Positions 10,467-22,400 of a DNA stretch of 64,000 bases are shown in pieces. This DNA comes from Owenia fusiformis (taxonomy: Eukaryota), in the NCBI GenBank assembly GCA_903813345.2, contig CAIIXF020000001.1, forward strand, positions 35,836,001 to 35,900,000. The letters are read 5' to 3'. Each line of letters opens with the position of its first letter. Position 1 is the stretch's first letter. Below the pieces are notes generated by a model. The model was not told where the DNA came from. It ran no database searches and worked only from the letters and a program-made list of their open reading frames with translations. A program made the translations under genes and the position numbers.

Positions 10467-13400
10467 ATGGCCGACCCTGATTCGCTTATCTCTCAGGATA
10501 CATTTTCAGAATTACTGGCGCAACTAAATGATGTGACAGAAAATGGGTAAGTCACTTATTTTTAATGTATTTTTGTATTGAACCTTCAGGGAATTCTACT
10601 ATCATATGAGGAACAATGACTTTCATCGCTTTACAATCATACAGTCTCTTCATCTTGAACATTTCTCATGAGGCAGATGAAGTAACTTCTCTGCCGCTCC
10701 AAAATTTTCCAGAATTTTATTATTTTTGGTGTTTTTTCAACTCAGGAAATTTATTTAAAGGTAGATATATATTTATTTTAGCCTAAATTTGCCTTCCCCA
10801 GTTTTTGATCCTGTCTATGTTATTGCTTTCTGGGTTTCCTTGTTTTGACGAAGAATCAAATTTTGCATCCAATTGACCAATTCCTGAACTTTCATGGCAT
10901 GCTCTTGCCAAGCTTTATATTATTTACTTTTTAACAATATTCAGATTAAATGTGCACAGATGTACAAAGGTATAACTTGTATGTCAATGAATGTTATGAA
11001 TCATATATTTCAAAATAACTTCAAAATTATTTAGGTCTGAATGATAAACTTAAAATAATAGTCTGTTTATTTTATTTCAGGAATTTTACACAGGTGAATG
11101 ATACTACTGAATTTGAATTCGGCGGTAATGAGGTGAAAACGACATTCCAAATGGAGAAGTACATCATTTCGGGAACTGGCCAGGAAGTGGTAAATATTTT
11201 TCTTTAATATTTATGCCTTGTGACCCCCCCCCCTCCTTCATTTATATTGTGTATGTGTATATAGCTAGCTTTGCCTTTTATTTAATGAACATAATTTATT
11301 CAAATAGTTCCTGGTGTCTGGCTAATTAAATGACTATTTGAATGTTGCACATGGTCTTAATAATATACTGAAATAAGTTATCAGGGTTTATTATTGAAAA
11401 CTATCTGTCCTCAGAAACCCCAAATTGCAGGAATTCATACGAAATTGAGTAATTTCCCATTCATTAAGTTGGTAATTTATGACAAGATTATAGGAGTGGT
11501 TGACCATTTGCGCATGCGCTTTTGTGCCGATTTCGTAATTGAAGTCAAAATGGCTGTAAAACCATGTGCTTCCTTTGCTACTGTATAAATTCCTATATAT
11601 ACCATATAGTTGGGCAAGCCTAGGCAAGTTCTGTATCATCTAGTGCTAAACCAATAACAACTAGTTGTGTGATAAGAACATTTGCACATAAATGTAAAGC
11701 TTCCATACAGTCTTGTGCTTGGTAGATTTTTGCAGTTTGAACTGTTTAGTTGGAACCTTGCAAATGTACAATTATTAATCAGGATTTCAAATTAAAACAA
11801 AACGGAAAATGTTGAAGTTTACGGTACCAAAGAAGCCTATTGCAAAGAGCTTTAACAAAAATGTTGGGGTAAGAGTTACTTATAAATGTATTGACATTGA
11901 CATGGCATTTATTTTTATGACTTTTCCAGAGAGTAGCTAAATCTTGTTATGTAACATAATTTGAAGAAATGATTTATATACATGTAGAATAAACATTACA
12001 TCATTTATATATCAGATTTTTTAAGCATGGTGGACAACATTTACTCGAGTCTCTAGCTTACAGCTAGACGTAACTTCATTGATTTCGTATGTAATCTAGA
12101 AAAGGTGCTACACGCACCTAGAACTCATTTTTAATAAATTTTATAAATATTTTGAAGAATATTAATCATATTTAGGATGAAGCGTTGCCTGTCTGGATTT
12201 AGATATTTCAAAATTTCATTTCGGAGTTTGACACATGGTGAAATTTTCTCGCTGTAGCTAAAAATGGCTTCCGGTTCTGGACGTGAATAAAATTTGAAAT
12301 TATTCTCGCTTAAGGAAATCAAATATAACAATAGATTCAGACGGGGATGTGAGCTGATGTTCTTCAAATCTATACATAAAGGTATATTTCAGATTATTAT
12401 GCCATATTTACTGTGCGTGTGACACAATGATTTACAATATTTATAATACTAAGGCAGCTCAATCTTCCTACTCAAAGCCGGAATATAGAGAAGGCTTTGG
12501 ACCAAAGTAAGACAACATATTTGTAATGAGCATATTCCCAACAGCTGTTGGATGTTTTTTTCTGCATTTCTACGTAGAACTTTATCTCTATTGATGAAAT
12601 TAATATAAAGTTCGGCTTTGCAAAATTTTGTACCTGGATGCCATCAAGAATGATTATTAAAAACAAACTAACATTTCAATTTTGTCAAAACTGTTTCTAG
12701 GACCCTTGTTAATTATGAAATCAGATATTAAAATTGGCTATTTGTCAAAACTGTAGATGTGTTTGAACATGTTTTTACTCCAGGGGGTCATTATATTTAC
12801 ATTTGTAGAAGTGAATAAGTAATCTCCAATATAAATAAACTTTTTGAGAAATGTTCCTTTTTGTTTCGGTTTGTTTGAAATAGTAAATAATAAAATATAA
12901 AGTAAAGTTAGATAAGCCATTTGTAACTTTATTCTGAAGTGATGTTCTTTTGTAAATTTAGCTAAGATGTTTTTTATAAAAAGTCTGGTTTATACATTAC
13001 TAAATGTTAACAAAACAAGGATAGTACTACTAAAGTAGTTTATACTTAATAATATGCTTATGAAGGGATAAAAGTTAAGCATATTTCTATGTTGTGTATC
13101 CAGTATGTGTTAAACATAGTCTAAAGGGACTTAATGCTGGCACATGCTTTGGTTAGTGATCAAATAATACAGCAGAGAACTGGGATACAACATAGATTGT
13201 GGCCCAAAATGAAAGAATATTACAATTCACATAATCGAGAGATGTTACTTCTAAGATTAAGAGCCTGTACTGGGTCAGGATAACAAAAAATTCGATAAAC
13301 GCACACAAAGAAAACAATGGAGAGTTTTCATTGCTAAATTCTAGTCATTTCAATTTCCTGTGATAGCATAAACCTGTGATGGAAAATAGCAGGCCTGAGA

Positions 13401-16400
13401 CAGTCATGGACCTTTCAATGAAGAGGCATGAAGATGAATTATCAAATGCTTCTACTGATGATGCCAAAGAGGGGGAAAACCCTAAAGAATCTTCAAACCA
13501 AGATGGAAAGATGGAGCAATCATCTGATAGGTTAACAGATCCAGAGTTTGTTTCAAGAAATGATAGTTCAAAATCAAATAATGACCAATGTACATGGCAT
13601 TATAACTCCTCAGATGACTTGGTGGACCACATAGTCAGTGTTAAGGTATATGCACTAGTAGATCGAATATGTTTTTGAATTTTTAACTGGAAAACAGGAA
13701 ATCGCTTTTAACTTCCTGGAAAGGTTTTCCTTAAGGAATTACACCAGAAATGGTTGTGGCATGTACAGCTTTATATGCAGTACACCTATTACTTAACTTT
13801 GTTAAATTATGAAATGGATTTTCTTATCATATATTTGACCTGTGGCATGCTTTAATATCAGTAAGGGCAAATAAGTCAAAAATAACAAGGTGCACTATGA
13901 ACGCATACACTATGTGGGAAATTATGTTATAGTTGTCTCTGGAGCAATTCAGGATTTCTGTTTTAATACGGGCTTATATTTTATAAAACAAAACGTATGC
14001 TTTTGTGCTTATACTTGAATGTTAGAGGGTATACTTTACTGATATCAGTTTGATTAATGATAATACACAGGAAACACGCTTTTGTATAATATCAAAGGGT
14101 AACTGTGGGAGTGCCTGTGTAAACTAACTTTAGAAACTAAACAAATGTATGCAGGAGTTCCTGCGCTTAAATCATATCTTTTCATCACTTTTTCAATCTT
14201 TTTATCAAACTGCCATATTTTCTTTTTGTCTATTCAATGTATTACTCATATCCAATCCATCTTTGATTTCTGGTTTCATTTTACTTTAATTCTTATAGAC
14301 TTAGAACATGTGAACATGAAAGTGCCAATGAGGTATGTTTATCAGGAAGCGTTAGTCCAAGGTTTTACTATAGGTCAAGTTGCACTGTTTTTGTCGTCTT
14401 TTGTACATGATTGACCATCCAGGATGAAAACCTATAAAGAAAAATTAATAAGTCGATCAACTTTTCATTTATCTGCTTCAGATATCCTAAACTTAATGAA
14501 AATATTAAGATAAAGGAAAAAGCAATACATTCAACATTTTAGGGAAAAGGTTTTTCAAAAACAATTTAAATAGAAGTTTCACATATCACATCCTGATGAC
14601 ATTGGGTAAGACCACACAAGAAGACAAGGTGGTTAAGTTCCTTTTCAAAGGCCCTTCAAATGAGTCTTGCTTTAAATGTTCTTTCAGCTTGGTATTCCTA
14701 CATCTCAACAACAGCAGCTTCAACAACAACAGCTGTTACAGCAGCAGATTCAGGTGTTGCCAGACAGTGCTACAGCTGCTGCAAGCACAAGCCCCAGTCC
14801 TTACACTCAGATGATTGGCACCCAGGCAACTTCTATGCCATCCAAGTAAGTAAATTCAGCATTGAACCCCCTGGTGAATACGCTCACTGAATATGTCTTT
14901 TTAGTTTTTACTAACATCACAGTGCTTGGCTGAAGAATACGTCTTATTTTTGGTCACTTTTATGATATCGACCAATAAGTGGGAATATGACATTGATACA
15001 ATATAGTTTGTTATTTTTTGCAATGTTTTCAATGTGGAGAATAAGATATCAAAAATTAGGCTGTGTTTGAAAGTCACATCAAAAAGTAACCACTGATGAG
15101 TCAATTAGTTGTTATATGGAGTTCTGATATTTGTCTGGTGTTGTGTTTTCAGCACAGAATATCCTGGTCAATATGGATTCGAGGTGTGCTTCGGCAAACA
15201 GCAAAAAGAAACCAAGAGCACCACATGGACGGTGAGTAAACTACAGGGTGTTCCATATGTTTCAGGAATGATGCTGTGTTTTATTGGTTTTCTTTTCAAT
15301 CTAACTGAATTTTTGACACAATGTGTCTAAACATGTTTTGAATAAGTTGGGAAAGTTTCATATTGTGAAGTTCAGTAGTCTTAATTATATGGTTGCTATA
15401 GTAACCTAGGGGTAGGGTAGGTGGAGCAGGTGTAACAACGCGCAAAATATATGAAATATTTGTAAAAATAGTCGTTTTTGTACGAAGTGTGACTAAGTGT
15501 TAAGTTGTCAGAGTTGGATCAAACTTGTCAGTAATTAAACAAAAATGAAGGTGGATTCCAAGAAAGTAAAAAAAATGTCATCACCCTTGATCACATCACA
15601 ATTTAAACAACTGTCATTTCATGAGTCACAAAAGAGAATAAACACAGGTCATTTTGGACGAGCGGCCATCTTGAAAAGTGAAAAAGTCATTAGCAAAGGA
15701 AAACCTTCGACTTAGGCAACACACAACAATCTGTTACAAGACATGACATGTGGGAATAACAGTTTTCTGCAGCAGACACAATTAAACTCCTGACGAATGC
15801 ACATGGGGACTCAATGATGGTAACCTCTAGAGTGTATGAGTGGTACAAGCAATTCAAATCTGAAAGGGAAACTGAGACCGATTATTCAAAATGTGGATTT
15901 CCAAGAACAGTGAGAGCGCTAACTAATGCGGAAGGGATAGATGCTGAAATAATGATGATGGCTAATAAAGGGTGTGATAACATTTCTTATTTCCAGAAAT
16001 CCACCTTTATTCTTTTTAATTTCCAACAAGTTTGATGTGACTATGACAAATTCATACTTTGAACACTTTATACAAAAACTAATATTTTTACAAAAATGTC
16101 ATATTTTGCGCGTTGTTGCACCTGCTCCACCTACCCTACCCCTAGGTTACTATCGTAACCATATTATCCAGTCTACTGTGTTTCATGATATGAAACTTTT
16201 CCAACTTATTCACAACATATTTGGACACATTTTGTCAAAAAATCAGCTTGATTGAAAAGAAAACCAATAATATACAGCATCATTCCTGAAACATATGGAA
16301 CACCCTGTAAATGTAAAGTAAACCAAGCACATACTGCTGTATTGTGAAATAAAATTTGAACTGTTTTATTTATACCTAAAAGGAATTTTTTCACTCTGGT

Positions 16401-19400
16401 GACGTTGTGTCTAACATATTTTTATTGTAAACTTTATCATGAAAAAACAAATCTTCACGATTTCATCCATCCTCTTGGCATGTATTTATTCTTATTCCTT
16501 GCTGTAGGATATCACTTGTTTATTTACATATTATTCCATGTTCATTTCTTCCAGTATTCCGAGTCCCTCAAGAAGTTGTTTGCCAACTTAGCTTCTCTGT
16601 GTCCCATCAAGTTCAGATGTTCCAAGAGCCCTCCACCTGGTAGTGTCATCCGAGCACTTCCGATCTATATGCAGCCTGAGCATATACAGGAGCCTGTATC
16701 TAGGTGCCCTAATCATATTACCAAGGAGGATCCCAATAGAGGTAATAATATAATTGTCATATTTGTTGTTCCCTCTTCAAAAGAGGAGACGCGAAAGATT
16801 TTCCTTATACGGTCAAAATATTTCCCATGATGCAGCTCACAGAGGAACAAAGTCATACTTCCTTGTTTTCCCCCATAGGTTTAACATGGGGATTTTCACA
16901 CCTATATATTCGTTCATATTCCCGTACAGGAGTACAGAAAAATTATCAGAAACAATTTATCTCCTATTAATCTTAATATAACAGTTAATTTTTTTTTCAT
17001 TGTTTTTTTGATTCATAGCGTGGTGAAAACAATGATTGAAAAGTGAGAAAATATTCTGGAAGAAAAGGTCACGTGATCAGTTGACTAGTTGCCATATCGG
17101 AAAAAATAATTTCATTCGACTTTCAACACTTTCATTCCAATCTTACCGCACTACAAACTGCAACATTGATGCAACAACAGAATAAAAGTACTCATCGTCA
17201 AATTGCATTATAGAGAAAACCCACAAACAACTGAGCAGTAGACCAAAGAAGACGCTTCGTTATTAGACTATCTATGTCAATTGGTTCATTGTCCGAAAGC
17301 AAATCTATAGTACTCGTTTCCGAATTTTATTGTTCATTGTACAAGCTTTTCTTAATACTCAACATACTGACCATTAAAGCAATTACAAATATCAATACTT
17401 CTGATGGTGTCATTGTTTAATTTAACGTGCGGGTGTAAAAACAAAATTGCGTAATTAGTTTGATTTATTACTTTTGGGTCACGCAAATGGCTACGTGAAA
17501 TGTATCGTTGGAAAATATTGACCAATCAAATTTTGTCCTTTTTGAGGGCTTTTTAAGTACATATTTCCGTACCTTCTTGATTAAAAAGCGAACCACGAAA
17601 AGCTTAATTGTGATTTCCTTCAATATATGTTTCCAATAATTGAACATTTAAACACTCATTGTTATCGAGATATCTCCTTGTCTAGTGTTGCTTGAAACAT
17701 AGACTGCCTTGGAACTAACATATATGTTTATTTTTCTGCAGACCACAAGAGCCATCTAATCAGATGTGAAAATCCAAACACAGTGTATTACACAGATCAG
17801 CTAACGAACCGGGAAAGTCTCACTATTCCATTTGAGGAACCTCAAGGTAATTTAATAGTTAAAATTTATCCATTTATTTATTAAACTTTACTCCATTGAC
17901 TTCTTCCTGAAAACCTAGATGTCAGTGACAGATCAAGGATCTAGTTAGGTATGGTGCACCCATTCAGCTGGGAACCAAAGACTGAAAAGTAGTGACAATT
18001 TGTGATACAGGCGAGATCATATTTAGGTAAAAAAATTATAAGTTCTGTGCTCCCCAAACACCTATGCAGTATACTGAGCCCTGATGATAGAACTCTACTC
18101 GTACTATGAATTTAATAATGAATGTTGTTCAATTGCAGCTGGGAGTGATACTTCAGTCAGCTTGTTCCAGTTCATGTGCTATTCTTCCTGCGTTGGGGGA
18201 CTCAACAGGAGACCCATTCAGGTACAGTACCTATTGAATTCTTAGCTTATGTTTTACTTGATTATACTTGATATTCAATAAGAATAATACTAATATATAT
18301 AGGTTATTTACTAGGAGGGATTGAATATGGGTTTTATCCCAAGGGACAATATGATATTGACAGAAGGGTAATATGATATTGACTGAGGGAGCGCAGCTAA
18401 GTGTTAAGTGTACATTTTTATATTAATGAAGTTAATTGTGTTGCTCTTAACAATATACATGTACAAAGAAGTGTGTGTGTGATATCATTCAAAGTGTCTT
18501 TGTTCCTTGTAGATTATATTCACACTGGAGACACCCATGGGTCACGTTATAGCCAGACGTGTATGTGAGGTGAGGATATGTGCATGCCCAGGCAGGGACC
18601 GTAAAGCAGAAGAAGATGGGGCAACTCCTGGCAACAAGAAATCCAACAAGAAAAGTGAGTCAAGTTTATTTTGTGTATTTTATTATTCCCATTAGAAATA
18701 CCTATATGTGTGACTGGTTATTCATTCTGTCTACCCATCATTCATTGACAATAAGTCACATGTATTTAATTCATCATACCTTTGCAGCTGTACTTTTTGT
18801 TTTAAGTTAATATTGAAAAAGTTAAGTCAACATTCCAATTTATGCCTGGGTCACATTTGCTCCGATTCATCGGCTGGCACCCACCCGATTGAGTATCCTG
18901 TTCACAATTGTATTCAGTTTTGAACAGAATACTCAATCAGCAGGGCGTCGGCCGATGAATCGGAGCAAATGTGACCAAGGCATTATATGTATCTATTATA
19001 TGGACTACTAATAGCATTTTCTTGGAGTCATATAAAAAATCTCACAGATAGTCAAAATAGTCTCTGTATGACTATGCAATAGGCAATGATTAATTAATTC
19101 TTTGATGCATAGAGACTCACTGCCAAAACTTGTAATTTATTTAGGCAAGAATGTGAGAGTCAACCAAGTAGTGACTACTGTTGGACCACCTGCAAAGAAA
19201 AGAAAGCTAGAAGATGAAGAGGTCTTCACACTCCATGTAAGTAGTTAAGCTCAAAAAAGCTGAATGTTTCATTTGCAGTGATAACATTGGATGAGCTGAC
19301 ACATTTTTTGGACAAATTATGTATTATCATCGTCTTTGAGTATTACTATAGTACTTGTATAAAAGGACCTTTTTGTAGGTCTTTAAGAGTGAGATGAATA

Positions 19401-22400
19401 TCTTGGGTTAGAAAATGCAATATCTTTATTTTCTGAAGTTATTTGTGCAAGTTCATGTGTTTTTTTGTTTACTTTACAGGTGCGGGGACGCGAGAACTAT
19501 GAAGTTCTTCTGAAATTGAGAGACTCCCTGGAGCTAGCATCCAAAGTTCCCCAACCAGAGGTGGAGAAACACAACAGAGATTACGATGAAATAAACAGAA
19601 GGTGAGTAGTAGCCCAATTATATTGTCACTGTCATCTTTTTGGGATGAGCCCTTGGGAATTGCAAGAAGAGATATGTTATGAAATGGGAAAGTTATAGAA
19701 TTATTCACAGGCACTAGATTTGACTGAATCTCCTTACCTCTGGATGAACGTGTGTAACACATGAGTTATTGAGAACAACTTTAATGTGACACTGGTATGA
19801 GAAGAATCCTTTATGTAGATAATACATGTAACTTCATAGTTTTGTACCAAGCATGTTTAGGTTGGTGTATTCCACACATTGCAAAACAATATTTTGTAAA
19901 AACAGCTGGTTCAAAGTTGGCATGTGAGTTAAATCATTGTGGACTTCATATGTCTGTTGAATTGAGGTTGGAATACTCCCTTGGTGCACAGAAGGGTAGC
20001 CACATAAGAGCTGGTAGAAGTCATCGGTTCAGTCTGGACCACTAAGATATAGATCCAACTTCTCATAGTGTAAACACCCATTGTAGAGTAACAACTAGTC
20101 ACTGAGGCAGAGTATAAAATGAAAAGGCAAAATGTAATCAAAGTTGAAGCAAATAAAGTATATGACTTGATCAAAAGTTATATTGCACGGGGACTGAGTA
20201 AGGATAAGATATAATTCACCGTAGAACAGATCCATGTGTGCTTACTTTTGAGATTTTATAAGCCATTGGTGATGTTTGTGTACAAATATTTCAATATATC
20301 AAATAAATTCAAAAATATGTTTGTAACTCCTAAAATCCATATTGATTTTTACATTAAACTAGTTGTAAACACAAATTGCAAGAAATGTGTACTACTGTAG
20401 GTATAACAGCATGAAATATATTTTGGCTAAACCTTCCTTTAAGTTACTTACCCATATAACTATTCCTTAAGATAAATATCTTGAAACGATGCAAGAACTT
20501 CCAAATTATTTTTGCAATCATTAAATGATGTATTCTGAAGGTTTAAGAATTTCAATCAAACATGATTTAATACTATTCTTTTTGTAAAGATATTTTCATT
20601 TGATTTCAATTTATTTGTATAGATAAATTGAAATCACATGGGAATGTAAATTAATCCTCCATTTTCTTGCATCGTTTCAGGCACGTTGGTGAAATACTAG
20701 ATTCCCACTCTGCTAAAAAACTGCCAAAAAAACGGGGCCGTAAACCAAAAACTCCCAACTCCTCACAGGAAAAAGAAAAGCCAAATAGTCAAAGAAAAAA
20801 ACTGATGAAAAAGGTTCGACCTATTGGACCTCCTTCACAGGAGAGCCTTCCGTCCCTTGATTCACTGCCATCAACCGAGGCCATAGATTACTCCAGCGAT
20901 GAACTCTTCCAACCAGGCTTCTTCAAGGAAGAACTCTTCCAAAATTTAAAATGCAGTGATTTTAATGACAGTTGAAAGGAAAAGGGGACGTTTGATAACA
21001 TTTGTACTTTTTGAGCAACTTACATAACAATACTCAGTCCAAACATACAACGTGCCTTCCAATCGTACCTATATGCTAGGTTTTTCAAAGGTTGGATAAT
21101 CTACTGCTGGTTTCTCAATCTAAATACTTGAGTATGGTTGGTCAATTGTATTTGAAGTCAAAAAGCCGAGCTTTTTACAGGGGATTCCCCTAAAATGACA
21201 TAATAAAGATAAGTTTGAAGGAAGAGTTGAGGAAACTAAGCATCATCTTCTGTCTTGGTTTTCCATTTTTGGAATCATATAAGTTTGACTAATTTGCTGG
21301 GCTAGATATTTGGATATTGGATGTCTAGAGCCTTGGCATCGGATAAAACTATCCATTTTTAAAATATTGAGTATTACTTATTATATAAGGGACCATGTTT
21401 CAATGAGACCCAATAATCAATGTTTGGAAACAAATAACTAGAAAATGGTAGATTAATTCAACTGGAGGTACCATGACATAGTTTAGTAAATGCTGTCCTC
21501 TGTATTAAAAGGACCCAAGATAAATGCTTAAAATCTCAAAAAATATATTCATGATCGTGCAAAAGTAATTACAAGGTTCTATACTTTTATATGAAGTGTA
21601 GGTCATTAGCTATACTTATGATGTGTTCATAATAACAGTGAATGTTTTTGATTTTTTTGGTATTATAGTCATACCATTCAGTGTTCTGCTATGTGTTCAG
21701 ACAAGTATTATGTTGTTCCAATCTCCCATTTATATCATAGCATCTATCATAAGTCATAACACATCAAATTGGTGCTTTACTCAAATGGATTTTAGTTAGG
21801 ATAGATGAGAATGTATGTCATACATTTATAGCGATAACTGCACCCTCTATCCTAAAGTATGAGAGGGTCTTTGACTCTATGTAGAATATTGCCAAACAAT
21901 TTTGCCTAAACAATGTCTATGATTCCAGTATCACTGTACAATATATGGATCATGTGAATGTGTAATGATGGCTGTTTGGTATACATTATCAGATTCAAGC
22001 ACATAAACAGTGAGGTTCAACTGTATATTCTGTATATAATATATCACAAAACCAGTAAATCCAAACATCTCTGAGGCCAATATTTTTAGTTCAATTTCAA
22101 CATTGCTTAAGTCCATCATCTGTGGCCCAGTGATGGTTTGAGTTTGCAATTTTAGCTATGTTTCATGGAACATTGTACACTGGTGATCCACTACGCTGGT
22201 TACCGAAACAGTTTGTTTCGGTGACAAACGTAACGTAATTGAGCGGATCACCAGTGATTGTAGTTTGACTGAACATTATAAAAATATTATGAATGATATG
22301 GGTGAGATTCTGTATTTCATAAATGTTATGTTTGTACAGTACATTGAAATTAAAATTCGCTCAATTGATAGCCAGTTATGGATTATACTCAATAGCTCAA

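Noticed and set aside
14299..14332. Possible 34-nt micro-exon (TAG...GAG|GTATGT)
   Set aside because: It needs a phase-2 upstream donor. The immediately upstream exon candidates end in phase 0, where it reads into a stop, so it is unsupported without RNA data.
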